Translations under genes and position numbers: made by a program
In this document: positions 37,127-50,200 of the stretch, piece by piece
Position numbering within the stretch: the first letter of the stretch is position 1
Layout of the letters: every line of letters starts with the position of its first letter
Notes under the pieces: model-generated
The model's input: the letters and a program-made list of their open reading frames with translations, nothing else
Told to the model about the DNA's origin: nothing
The model's database searches: none
Assembly: GCA_002104905.1 (NCBI GenBank)
Contig: MCFE01000228.1
Location: 1 to 64,000 of the forward strand
Direction: 5' to 3'
Length of the DNA stretch: 64,000 bases
Source: Basidiobolus meristosporus CBS 931.73
Taxonomy: Eukaryota; Fungi; Basidiobolomycota

Positions 37127-40100
37127 CTAAATGTTCATACTGACTAGTCCTAATTTTGACCTAAGATATTCAAACTTGTCCCTAGCTAATGGTTTGGTAA
37201 ATATGTCTGCAATCATTTCATCTGTAGGACAGTAAACTAAGCTAACTAAGTTATTCTCTATAGCTTCTTGTATGAAATGATGTCTAATATCTATGTGCTT
37301 GGTTCTAGCATGAAAAGTTGGATTTCTACCTAATGTATACATCCTTGATTATCTTGAAATAAAGTATTAGGAGTTTTTTGACATAGGCCTAAATCTGTAA
37401 AGAGCTTTCTTAACCACATTACTTCTTTTGTAGCTTCACAGGCTGCCATATACTCTGCCTCTGTAGTAGAAAGTGCTACAGTTGGTTGCTTGCTTGCTTG
37501 AATTCCATGAAATGGCTCCTTTACAGTAAAGAAATGTGTATCCTGTGGTGGATCTTCTGTCTTCCAAATTTTGTCCCCAATCAGCATCAGAGTATCCCAC
37601 AAGATCCTGTTCTGAATCCTTATAAGTGTATCTTAAGCAGATATCAGCAGTTCCTTTTAGGTATCTAAAAATCCGCTTAACTGCTGCAATATGATCAGAT
37701 CCATAGTTCTGATTATGTTGGCTGACAACTCCCACTGAATATGAGATATCTGGATGTGTTCTAAGCATGATAAACATTAGATTGCCAACCATAGATTGAT
37801 AAGAAAAGTCAGGGCTTTCAGATGGCACCAAGCTCTCTTGATTTGGTTGAGTTTTGACCAAGTTAAGGTTTGTCTCCATTGGGGTAGCTGCTGGTTTACA
37901 GTCATCCATTTTGTACTTCTTTAGTATATCTTGAATATACTTGGACTGGCTTAGGGTGATAGTCTGGGTACTTCTGTCTATGGAGAACTTAATCCCTAAG
38001 TAGTAACTAAGTTCTCCTAAATCAGACATCTTGAACTCCTTAGAAAGGCTAGATTTAGTCTCTTCCAATGTTTCTAGGTTATTGGCGGCTATAATAATAT
38101 CATCCACATATAGAGCTAATAGAACTGGATTTGCTCTATCTGGCTTATAGTATATACTATAGTCAGCATTACTTCTTTTGAAACTCAAAGATTCCAAATA
38201 AGAATCTATCTTGCAATTCCAGGCTCTTGGTGATTGTTTGAGACCATATAGTGACTTTTTAAGCTTGCAGACCAAATGGGAGCTATCCTGGTCAATGAAC
38301 CCATCAGGCTGGTCCATATGCACATCCTCATCAAGTTCTCCATTCAAAAATGCAGTTTTTACATCCATTTGATGAATAAAAAACATATATTTGGCTGCAA
38401 TAGCCAATATTAGCCTGATGGAATTAAACTTGGCTACCAGTGCAAAGGTCTCAGTATAGTCAAGTCCTTTTGTTTGAGAGTATCCTTTGGCTACAAGTCT
38501 TGCTTTGTATCTTTCAATTGTACCATCAGCCTTGTATTTTGTCTTGAAGACCCATCTGCATCCAATTGATTTTTGGTTGATTGGTAATTTTACTAAGTCC
38601 CAAGTTTGATTTTCCATCAGGGCCTGATATTCCTCAGTCATTGCAGATCTCCAAAACTTTGTCTGAGGGCTATTTAGGGCTTCTTTTACAGTCTGGGGTT
38701 CATCAATATGGACTGAATAGGCACAGGCTAAGTTTGTACCCTCATTAATATAGTAATTTGGGCTATTTCTTGTCCGATTTGATCTCCGGGCATTTGATAC
38801 TGGAATGATCACTTCTGGGATATTCCTGGGCACTGATTCTGGCTGAACCACGGTTGTAGAGTCCTCTGGAGTGAAAAAATTTTCATTGCTTTGCTCTGAT
38901 TCATTCCTGACAATTGGTGGACTTAAGATCAGATTTTTGTCATCACCTGATGTCATTTTTTGTGAAAATTTTGAATTTTCATCAAACAACACATCCCTGG
39001 ACTTGATCAGCTTCTTTGCTTTGGTATTGTAGAGTCTGTATGCCTTACTCTCATTGCAGTAGCCCAAAAATATGCATTTTACACTTTTTGGCTCAAATTT
39101 AGACTGATTTCCAGCCAGTTTTTTGGCATATGCTGTACACCCAAATATTCTTAGATGTTCTGCACTTGGCCTGTATCCATACCATGCTTCAAATGGAGTA
39201 GAATCACAAAGTATTCTGTTATAACTCCTATTTTTAAGGTATACAGCAGTGGCAACTGATTCCGCCCAAAAATCATAGGATAATTTTTGATCATGGATCA
39301 TAGATCTTGCCATATCAATTATTGATCTGTTAGCTTGTTCTGCTACTCCATTTTGCTGTGGGGAGTATGGTACAGTAGTCTCTTGCTTTATCCCATGAAT
39401 TTTGCAGAAGTGGATGAAGAGTTTGGAGGTATATTCTCCACCATTGTCAGAGTGTATTTTCTTGATTTTTTCACCAGTTTCTCTCTCCACCATGGCTTTA
39501 AACTCCCTGAACTTAGACAGAGCTTCTTCCTTTCTCTCCGTGAAGTAGACCCATGTGTATCTTGTATAATCATCAATAAAAGTGATTAAATACTTCATCC
39601 CACCTAAGGATAAATTTTGCATAGGTCCACACAGATCTGAGTGAATTAGATCTAATTTTTTCTTAGTTTTGATTAACCCAGAGCTCTTGAACGGTTGTCT
39701 GGCTTGTTTCCCATATATGCAGGCTTCACAGTGCTCCAAATTAGCTGGGGGATCAATTTTCACTCCAGAAATTAGCTGATCTTTGATCATTTTGCGCAAA
39801 TAATCAAAATTATTGTGCCCAAATCTCCTGTGCCAAAGCATTGGTGTTTCTTCATTTAAGTTACTTATATTGGCTTCCAGATATGATGGAATATAAGTCA
39901 ACTTGTATAGATTCTGATCTCTGATGCCCAAAGCAATATGAGCACCATTTTGATCAGTGATCCTGCATCCAGAATTGTCAAAACTGAAACTGAGTCCTTC
40001 TGCTGTGGCCTTGCTTACAGAGAGTAGGTTCTTGGCTATTTCTGGTACATAGAGTACTTCTTTAAAGGTCAGTGCATGGCTTCCTTCACTGCTTCTAAGG

Positions 40101-41105
40101 TTTACTTGGATAGTTCCTTCTCCCACTGCATCAAGTGTTCTATTGTCACCCATGAAAACCTTCTTAAATGGAATTTCTTGATATTGGGTAAAAAGTTCTT
40201 TTTTGTGTGTAAAGTGTTGAGAAGCTCCAGAGTCAATATACCACGTCTGAGAATCCTTGTTTGTGGTCAAATTTAGTGTAGATATGAATAGTCTATCTTC
40301 AGTTGTTGCAGCATTTCCATATTGAGGCTTCTTTTGCTGATAATCTTTCTTTTTGAGACACTGGTCTGATGTGTGTCCTTTTGTTTTGCAGTAGTTACAA
40401 AACAGGTTGCTGTTGCCTTTGTAGGGTCTTGGGTGCCTCCTTTGTTGGTTATCATTGCTTATAAAAGCATTTTCTTCTTCCTTCTTATTGGCACTTGATT
40501 TTCTTAATTCTTCATCCAGGAGCCTTCCATATACGTAATTTAAGGTCAAATCTTCAGTTCAGGACTCTAGGGCTGATACAAGGCCCTGAAACGTGTCTGT
40601 CAGGCTATCCAGGATGGTAACTATCACATCCTCATCAGTAGTTGGTATGCCCACAGATTCCATCTCATCTACTAGCAGGGTAATTCTGTTAATTAGATTT
40701 TTCATTTCTTCTCCTGGCAGCATCTTTGTAGTAAAGAATTTTTGTTTCAGATGCATCTTCTTAGCAGCTGAACATGACTGGTAGGTGTCCTCTAATGCTT
40801 TCCAGGCATTCTTTGCCGTTTTTGCTCTTGAGCATTGAATTAGCAATTTGTCCTTGACATTAAGGCAAATGCAGTTAAAAGCACTTTGTTCTTTCTTCTG
40901 GTACTTTAAGGCCTCCTCTCCCATGTCTTTAGGAGGGCATTCTTCTCCCATGACAATATCCCAAAGGCCTCTTTCTTGTAGCAGCATCTTCATGTTCACC
41001 TTCCACACTTGGTAGTTAGATCCATGCAACTTTTCAGCAGAGGGAAAAGTTCCAGTAGTAGCAGTAATGGACATTGCAGAGCGTGACAGCTCAGGGCTCA
41101 AAACC
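37127..41105 (-). pseudogene. Full-length but inactivated copia gag-pol
   Basis: All domains are present (gag, knuckle CNYCKTKGHTSDQC, DSGAS, HHCC, DDE, KARLVAKGYSQ, MDVKTAFLNG, LYGLKQSPRAW, LYVDD, RNase H). An in-frame AGA>TGA at 40559-40561, a 4-bp GCTT slippage near 37490 and a 1-bp deletion near 37335 break the ORF. Confidence 0.95.
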
Positions 41106-41454
41106 TGTTGTAAGAGTCTTGGAGATATTGGAAGTGATTGGGAGGACAAGTAGATTATGTGGTTTTCACTTAATGATTTATTGAATGTAAAATAGTATTT
41201 ATACTTTTACCTGGTCTTGGCATAACAAACGCATAGAATAGGTTAAGGAAGGTCCCAAGAGCATGTGTGCAAAGTTTGGGGCTGTTTGGACAACTTTGAG
41301 AATTTTCATGTTCTGGGTGCCTGGTATTTTGGTGAAAATATTCCAAGTAAATCCTGACAAGGAATTTAGTCAGTATCCTCTAGGATTTGAAGGTAATGAT
41401 CTAAGTGACTAAGTTAGGTGAATATTTAGGTGGTATTCCAAATTTTTTACAACA
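41106..41454 (-). repeat. Full LTR (F), again flanked by PBS on the left and PPT/RNase H remnant on the right
   Basis: TGTTGTAAG...TTTTTTACAACA; left cagggctcaaaacc, right ctcccacacagctaaatgttcac. Confidence 0.95.
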
Positions 41455-41696
41455 CTCCCACACAGCTAAATGTTCACATTGACTAGTCCTAATTTTGACC
41501 TAAGATATACAAACTTGACTCTAGCTAATGGTTTGGTAAATATGTCTGCAACCATTTCATCTGAAGGACAGTAAACTAAGCTAGCTAAGTAATTCTCTTT
41601 AGCTTCACATATGAAATGATGTCTAATATCTATGTGCTTAGTTCTAAGTGACTAAGTGAGGTGAATATTTAGGTTGAATTACAAACTTTTACAACA
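41455..41696 (-). pseudogene. RNase H C-terminal remnant fused to the last ~50 bp of another LTR
   Basis: The RH tail is homologous to 37116-37305, then switches at ctaag to ctaagtgactaagtgaggtgaatatttagg...ttttacaaca. Confidence 0.85.
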
Positions 41697-42250
41697 TTAC
41701 TCACTTAAGATCTAATCTGCAAGATTTTAGCTAATATCTGGAGTTAGTGAAGGCTTGGAAGTTATCAATATTTTTAAGCTGATCAAAAAGCCACTAAACT
41801 TTGCATACAGCTTCTTGGGACTCCCTTTGAAGCATTCTCAGATTAGCTTTACAGAGTTTTCCTTCAGGTATAAATACTGTACTTGAACTCAATAAAGCAT
41901 AAGTGAAGATCATGCTATTCTTCTAGTTATGCAAGCCAATTTCAATACTCCCTAGAATCCTGTCTCATCTTTTATGTGTAAACTGAAGATACACAACAAT
42001 GCTGATAATGTAGAGTCTTATTGACTTGATTAATGATGCTCAGTATAAGATCAAGAGTCAAAGAGATAGCTTATTCTGAGTGGCCATACCCAATGATTGC
42101 ACAGCTTGGAGTTTCAGGAAAGGCAGGGCTTCATTAATTCTATCAGATTAGTCAACATCATGCAACCTAGTTGCTAAGATATATTAGTAATTCTTATCAG
42201 TTCTTAGATGGTATAATAGCTAGAGTAGTGAGTTGTAACAGTCTCATATA

Positions 42251-42711
42251 TGATGCAAGAGCTCTAGAGATATTGAAGGTAACTGCAAGAGCAAGTAGAT
42301 TATATGGTTTCCACTTAATGCTTTATGGAATGTGAAAGTGTACCTTGATGTCCTTTAAGAATCATATTGATTCACTATACTTCCTAAAGAAGCAATTTCT
42401 TCATGAGAGTCTCGAGGATAATAGAAGTAATTGGAAGAGCAGGTAGATTATGTGACTTTAACTCATTGACTTGTTCTTTGCAAAAGCGAAATTCATACTT
42501 ATACAAGGTCTTGGCAACAAAACGCATACAATATGTGTAGGAAGGTCTCAAGAGCAAGCGTGCAAAGCTTGGGGCTCTTTGTACAACTTGTCAAACTTTG
42601 ATGTTCCGGGTACCTGAAGTTTTGAAGATATTCAAAGTAAATCCCATCTCATAAGCTTGGATGTGATGCAGTTGATGTAAATATTCAGGTGTAAATACGA
42701 GATTTACAATG
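42251..42711 (-). repeat. Two highly decayed LTR relics of the same family (about 42251-42345 and 42399-42711)
   Basis: Recognisable blocks: gcaagtagattatatggtttccacttaatg, ggaaggtctcaagagcaagcgtgcaaagcttggggctc and gggtacctg. Confidence 0.7.
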
Positions 42712-44330
42712 ACATATTGGCTATTATGCTGAAGCGGTACTTTTACTTATGTTAGAGCTTCATAAAAACAAATAATTGAATGTGCTATGAAAGGTCTTAG
42801 AGAGATGTGAGAGTTCATATTCCTCTACGAACTTCCGGCACTCTCACAATTCTGGAGAAATGATAGAGGCCTTAAGAAATTTATTTGGTACAAGAAACTA
42901 ACTCGTTAAGAAGCCAAAATATAAATAACCAGGTGCTAAGCAATCGTAACATTCCTAAATTCAAACCAATAGAAATCACCATATCTACTGGAGACAGTCT
43001 ATGGTATCGTGTATTAACCAATCCATGCGGTGGATGAGTATTCATAAATCCGAGCTCCATAATCAGCCTATTAATCAGGTATCGGCATAAATAGCGTTTT
43101 TGAACTTCGAGAAGAAACTAGGACATGATCACCCCAGTCCTTTAAAGAGGCCAATCTTGTACATTACCATGGTTCCACATTCACTAATAGCGCCGCAAGA
43201 TACTGATATTGTCACGCAAGAACCATCCATTTCAATGATCCTATCCTGTAGTTGCTGAGTCAATTAGGTCATATCTCCTTGTAGCTTTGTTGCGACCACT
43301 AATGCTCAACAATCTGAGCTCCAAAGCTAACAATAGAAAAAGGATATTTAGGACAGGATGCCAGTAGTAATGATTCGGATTTCTTGATTTGTCCAGAGCT
43401 TTGCCAGTGAAGGTGGCTACCAATTATAAAATTCATGGATAGCGAGATGGACATACGAATCCTGCAACATCCAAAATCCTCAGATGTGTCTAATTAAAAA
43501 TAATGCAGCTACCCGAACTGTTGTATCCATGATGCCGAGCATGACCATGAAGGATGGATGGCCATTCGACAAATTGCTTCACAACAAATAATTGCACTGA
43601 TCGGGACTGCGAAGTGAAGTTCCAGAGGCCAATGAAAATAGAAACCTCCATAGGTGTTGCTTAGCTACTAAGCTACCGCCCCAAGATCCAAGATAAGCAT
43701 TCGGGATTTGCGGCTAGCATTCCCTGACAAGCCAAAAACAACGGAACTGGACGGCAGCGTAGTCAAATACTACGACCACAATTGCTATTTCCAGACCGAC
43801 CATTGTCTGAATGGTCTCAGCGGGCCTGTTTGCTCATGGATACTATATTAAGCAAATATACGATCTTGGAGACGACACACCAAAGCCAGAGTAACTCTTC
43901 TACACTGCCGGATGGTCGTTCCATTAGTCAGCCACTAATGTTCACATGCTCCACAGTGTTAATCTTGAAATAGCAATCAAGGTAAAATCGCAGTAATTCC
44001 AAGCCTAAAAAGGAGGAGGGCCTGTAATCAATAGATCATGGCGATGATAGGCTTGGAAAAATGGAAATCCAGTATGGGGTACCTTCCTTCTCTGGAATTC
44101 CGGATACACCGGTTGTACAACTGCCGTTTTACCCATCGGACGCAGGTCGGACTTCAAATGAATTTCTTTCAAGACGCGCACCTGATTGCAGACAGATGGC
44201 GTTCCTCCGAACCGGGCAGCCTACCAGACCGACGTATGGTTGTTATTTGGGGTTTATTTGTGAACTGAATCAATATTTACAAGATGTGCCCGGGACATCT
44301 CAAAACCGTTGGTTAGTATTCAAAAACGCT

Positions 44331-45350
44331 CTAACGCATGTAGTTGGGTGGTGGCATGTACTCCTCCTGGCCGGCAGGATCCGTGGGGTTGACTGATTGA
44401 TAATTTGGAGGCTGCTCCACTGGCTGGTAAAGAGGGAGCTGGTCGTATAGAGTGGGCCCGGTGGTGGGAACGATCATAATAGGCATATCAATCGTCAACT
44501 GATCCTGGCTGGTCTCAGTGTTGGTGTGAAAGCGGATACTAAGGGCGTGTGAAATCTCGACTAGGGAGTTCAAGCAATCGTAACTTACGTTGACGCTGGG
44601 AACCTTGATAATCATGGAGTGATCGATTTCCGTCTGCGATTCAGTGAACGTGGCTCCGCTGAATTCCAGTCGTCGCAAATATTCGCCGACTGTGATTTCG
44701 TTGGGGTTGGTTTTAGAAGGGATTTGGTAGCGGACGAACTCTTTGACGAAGCAGCAGACGCTGGTGATACATCCGTTCAGAGCTAGATGCTTGGCTTTAA
44801 TGTTGAGTTGGAATTTTTCTCCAGGTGTAAACTCGTTTATCGGAAGGGTCGCGGTGCTTTCTATCTGGCCTGCGAACCTTTTTGCAACTTGGCATGCCTC
44901 TTCGGCGTCGTTGTAGGAAGAGCCACTGCTGCGAATGTAAATTGGGCGCTCGGCCTTCAAGTCGGGGGAAAAGATAGAGGTTTCAGCTACCGCTTTCACG
45001 GCATACTCCGCCTTCCCGAATTCACAATCAAACGAATCCGGAAGGTCACCAGGGAGCACGAACTCGAAGTGGTATATTGATTTCCCCAGCATAAGCGCTG
45101 GCTTTTTGTTGTCCACGAGAGTGATGGTTTTGGAGATCAGGGTGCGTTTGGTCTTTTTTACAACCGCTGGAAGTTGAATCGACATGTTTCCCAGTAGCTG
45201 GACAGTAATCTTACGGACGCGGAGGGTGTTGGATGGCTGAAATAGGATCGTACCCCGAACACTGAGCTGAACGGGGTTCATTAGATCATTGTCCTTGTAG
45301 AGAACATCCTTCAGCAGAAAGATTTCAAACAATGATTTGGATGCGGCCAT
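44331..45350 (-). CDS. Alpha-arrestin (ART-like Rsp5/Nedd4 adaptor); single exon
   Basis: Arrestin_N features (VRKITVQLLG, YHFEFVLPGDLPDSF, GKAEYAVKAV), an Arrestin_C region, and a tail with LPLY, PPNY and PPNY (PY motifs). Confidence 0.85.
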   Translation of the reverse strand: MAASKSLFEIFLLKDVLYKDNDLMNPVQLSVRGTILFQPSNTLRVRKITVQLLGNMSIQLPAVVKKTKRTLISKTITLVDNKKPALMLGKSIYHFEFVLPGDLPDSFDCEFGKAEYAVKAVAETSIFSPDLKAERPIYIRSSGSSYNDAEEACQVAKRFAGQIESTATLPINEFTPGEKFQLNIKAKHLALNGCITSVCCFVKEFVRYQIPSKTNPNEITVGEYLRRLEFSGATFTESQTEIDHSMIIKVPSVNVSYDCLNSLVEISHALSIRFHTNTETSQDQLTIDMPIMIVPTTGPTLYDQLPLYQPVEQPPNYQSVNPTDPAGQEEYMPPPNYMR

Positions 45351-47255
45351 ACTATCAACTTTACGAATGGCTAGTATTGTGGGTACAATCCCTTTCTATT
45401 TATATTGGAAATCAGCCTATCCAGATCCATCCTCGACTTCGCATATAGCACGATATGGCATTAATTTAGTCCCATTTACATCCAAGATGGATTTGGGCCG
45501 GATGATTGGATCTTTAACAGCCCTAAGTGATTTGAGAAATATGGGGAAGGAAAGGCCAAGACGCTGGCTAAAGAAGTAAGCTTCTGGAAGCCGACAGCCT
45601 TTCTGTTGAAAACTCCCGATTGCCAGAGACTGGCAGATATTGCGGCCGGCAATACGGCAATCAGGTGCTGAAGCTGCCCTTTGCTCGGGTTGCCACAGCA
45701 CAGCACTTGATTTACGAACGTTATTGAGGCGTCAGGTTTCATGCCAAGCACGATAATCGACCCAGCTCTAAATAGATATATGCATGCATGTAACCAAGCG
45801 CTCACAATAAGATAGATATACAGAACCATTGAGGTATTTATCACAGCAACTGTGTGTTACCACAAATGCACAAAAGAGGAAGCTCCCTCTCACAGATATA
45901 TAAATAGTTGGTGTAATGAATGCCAGGCGCACAATCAAGCCCAATTACCGTCCAAATCGTATAACGCAGAGATTGCTCGTTTCTCTTGAGTCTATCTACA
46001 AATCTCATTCAGGATGGTGGCATATGCCAACCTGCCCTAAAACACGTTTTGACAATAACCAGCCTGAAGCGATTTGATATCGTTTCTGACATAGTTCCGT
46101 AGTAGCCGTATGATTTGCTGCCATGCCAAGATAGTGTAGAATTTGGCGGATGAATTTATCCCCGTTTCCCACGTGGCCATGATCCATATTCTCCCAGTAT
46201 AGCCGTCGCCCCAGGTTCACATGGGCACGCTACACTGCCGATACAGCCGGACAAAGAGTGGTGCGAGTACTCTTGCATGGCAGAGACATTTCAACGCGAT
46301 GATTTTTGGAAGGACAGACCTTGCTATCGAGAAATCCAATTTGTGCTTCAAGTTCTGGAAATGATCGATGGCTCCAGCGATGCTGTCTCTCATCTTTTAA
46401 ACAATAGCCCAATTAGTTGTCAAGAATCAGTCGATATACCGTATCCGCCTCGAAACCCCCAAGCTAGCCACCTCCGAGTCTACCAAAGCCTGATGTCTGC
46501 TAATGCTGAGACTAATTCATTAATCGGTGAGGTTATAGGTGAATGAGAGAAATGCACCAAAGATTGTATCTGTGGATCAGTGCCAGCGCCAGTGCTTCCA
46601 AATCATGATCCTTGTAGTGATGATCAGTCTCGGCAAGAGGCTTTAGTGACCAAACATCAGTGAGCCAACTCTAAGGTTACAAACAACCATAGGCCGCCAC
46701 CACCATCAACGACAATGGTTTTGATCAACTCTCTTTTCCTTATTCGCATATCAATCTACGGCTTCTATTATTGAGTGATGTGACTGCTGAACATTGAAGG
46801 ATGGAAGGTGTAAAAAAGGGACAATATCAAATCGACTCATGATTAGCCTAGAGACCAGAACCAGGGGAAGTGGGTTCATTTGATAGCAGTGGTGTCAGTA
46901 GTGCATTATTTATGTTGGATATATAAGACTCAAGGTACCCCTCAATATGCAATACTCGGATCAACCTATATTAATGCTAAGTACCTGGCAAGTCTCCCCT
47001 TAGAATTGTTCAGTTGCACCATTGACTTGCTATTCAGCTTGGATTGATACGTCCTCTTGTCTTCGCAACACTACCATCACTGGCGACGAGTATAACCTGG
47101 TAATTTCCACGACCTCGTTATGATTTGTGAGTTTCACGTGCTGCAGCCCATACCAACTCTGAAGATGTACTTAGGTTTCCCAAGTTTGAAGAATTTTGGA
47201 GAGCCGAGGCCTTCAAATCGTGAGCTGAGCAAAGTACGCTGTATTCAAATATAGG

Positions 47256-50200
47256 ATGACTCAGTCCTCTATTAAGGATAAGATTGTTGAGCTTGAAGGT
47301 TCGCGAGAATCCTTCGACAGCGAAGTTCGTTCGCAAATGAATCTTGAGTTGGAGGAAGGTGCAAATGTAAGTCGTCGTTGTCTTGTGGGGAAAACCGAGA
47401 GGTGAGCATTAATTAATGTCCGTAGAGAAGCCAACGGCATAAAAAATGGGTCAAATTCGTGGTAGCAATAGGCATTGGACTGCTATTATTTGGGGTGTTG
47501 ATTTCCCTGACCAACTTTTCCATCAAGCAAAGTAAGTGCCTGTCAAGGACTCTGTTCTCTCATCTGTTAATGATCGATTGGCGTCTAGTGAATGTAATCC
47601 AGCATATGAAAGACAGTCAAAGCCACAATACCACTATCTATGGGAGGAGATTCCAGCTTGATGATGTGTTTAGCAGCGAATTTCGTATACTGAAGAAAGA
47701 GTTGAACTGGTTGAAGTCTTCAGATGGTGGAGTATTGCATTTATTTCCCCAACCCATTCATAGCTAATGCTTTACCCAATCCACAAGATGATATGTATAG
47801 TGTGCTACAGGACGATCAAATCCTTCTAAAATCAGTATCCAAAAATAATACCTCCGTGTTTGTGAATCGGGTAGGTGGCTTTTGTTCCCCTTGCTTCATG
47901 TGGATTACTAACACAAGGGTGTCCAGGATACCTTGTCCAAAATTCCATATTTCGATTATTCTATATCCTCAGACATGAAATACGTTCTATTCTCCGTCAA
48001 TGGAAAAAAGGTTGGTCGTCTTCGTAAAGCATACTTCTGAGCTATATAGCTAATGGTTCGTGCGGGGACAGCTCTGGCGTTACTCCTACACCGCATCCTA
48101 TTTCGTGTTGGAGTTGGACACTGGCGCTATAAAACCGCTTACCCGCCCGAATTACCGAATTAATTATGCTGTCTGGAGCCCTACAGGACATAGCCTTGTT
48201 AGTAAACTTCCTTTGTAGGATACAACATTGTTATCTTGTGCAGTGTGCTTACACAGTTTCTTGAAGGCCTTTGTACGAGATAATAATGTGTTTGTTAGTG
48301 TAAACTTGGAAACTGAGGTTCAGGTTACCTTCGACGGAAGCACCGAAATCTTCAATGGAGTTCCCGATTGGATTTATGAAGGTGTGGTAGTGCTCTGCTG
48401 CCACTTTATCTAGAGTATCAAATAACGCAGTATTTCATAGAGGAAGTTTTCCAGTCAAACCAAGCACTCTGGTGGTCTCCTGATTCTACATACATCGCAT
48501 TCCTCCGGTTTGATGAGAGTGATGTGCCAGAATACAAATTTCCAATGTACCATAGTGACGACGATGGTGAAAATCCTTACATGGAGGAAGTGAATATGCG
48601 TTACCCCAAGGTACTGGTAGCCAAGCAACTTCATGAGTTCGAGCTTATTCTTATCTCTATTTGGTAAAAGCCTGGCTTTCCAAATCCCATAGTGACCGTG
48701 CTGTTGTTTGATGTTTTGACAGATCAGCCGCCTACTCCGACTTCTCCCGTTACCCCAATAGTTTTCGATCAAAACGATTCATTCACTTCTGAAGACACTC
48801 TAATGGTGGAAGTGGCCTGGTTGACAGATACAAGCAGCCATCTGATGGTACGGATGATGAACCGAGTCCAAGATAAGCTCAGGATCTTTATTGTCAACGT
48901 TGAGAGTGATACAACCAGCCTTGTAAGATCCGAGGATACTGAAAATGGTGCATGGATAGAAACAGTATGTTTACTTGGTTTTCTCTCAAACAAGCCAGGC
49001 ACTGCTTAACCAACACTATTAGAACCAGGCAGTTCAATTCATTCCTGCAAATGAAAATTACGGCTTAACACAACCTGGTTATATCGACATTGTAAGTCAT
49101 AACGGCTACAACCATTACGCGGTTTTCTCGCCTATCGACTCCGCGCAACCAGTCAAATATCTGACACATGGAGGCTGGGAGGTTGTGGGGAAGCCCAAAT
49201 CAATCGACCTTCAAAATGGATTAATGTAAGTCCTGTTGTGGCCGCATTTCCACCCAACTGATGTTGACCTCCCCCCAGTTACTACATAAGCACAGAACGT
49301 GGCTCGGTTCAGAGGCACCTTTATAGGTACTCAATCCTGCTCTATTTAGCTTATGCAGGACATTAACCAATTTACCCCTAAGCGTCACAATTGATGGACA
49401 AACAAAGAAACTTCTAACTCCAGGGCACGTAGATGCTTCCTACGATGCTATTTTTTCCCCAAAGGGACGCTACTATTTGTTGAATTATCAAGGACCGGAT
49501 ATTCCTTGGCAAAAGGTCAAAAGTACCATTGATCCCAGTAAGTAATTAGGGCTGGACCAAAGTGACTAGCATTGCTATAGGTATTAATGTTGAGGATAGA
49601 TTTCACCCTAGTACTAGAGGATAACAAGGAACTGAGGCTGAAGCTGAGTTCATACGACTTACCTAAACGTCACTACTCACGAGTAAAGATTGGGAACCAG
49701 GGTAACTTTTCCAAACAACAGAAAATACTGCACCCTATTAACTCATCATCTGTTGATCAGAATTCAATACTCTAGAAATTACCCCACCAGATTTCAACAT
49801 CAATGACGGAAAGCGTTATAGCGTCCTATTCAACGTGTAAGACAAACAACTTTCAGTCTTGCCTCCACATTTAGTAATCATCATATTTGACTTCAGCTAT
49901 GGTGGGCCTGGCTCGCAAATTGTATCGTTGGCGTACAGACTTGATTTCCACACATACCTGGCTTCAAATCCACAGCTTCCTATGATTGTTGTGATGGTTA
50001 GTGAGAAGTAGTCAGCGCAGCTTGAGCAAGTTTACTGACATCGCACTATAGGTGGATGGGAGGGGGACAGGCTTTAAAGGGCGTGAATTCCGAACCTGTG
50101 TCGCACAGAAACTCGGCTCACTCGAAAGTCTTGACCAGATAGAGGCCGCTAGGTATTGGGCCTCCTTAGACTATGTTGATCCAAACAACCTGGCAATATG

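Larger units (their letters stand above)
30832..42711 (-). mobile_element. Nested and tandem cluster of one Ty1/copia LTR-retrotransposon family (~350 bp LTRs)
   Basis: At least ten full, partial or decayed copies of one LTR (TGTTGTAA...TTACAACA), interleaved with gag-PR-IN-RT-RH sequence in copia order on the minus strand. No host gene lies inside. Confidence 0.97.

Noticed and set aside
38915-38932. LILSPP in the integrase C-terminal region resembles the Ty5 targeting motif LDSSPP
   Set aside because: Only 4 of 6 residues match in a Ser/Pro-rich linker, and the Ty5 partner Sir4 is restricted to budding yeasts, so chance is likely.
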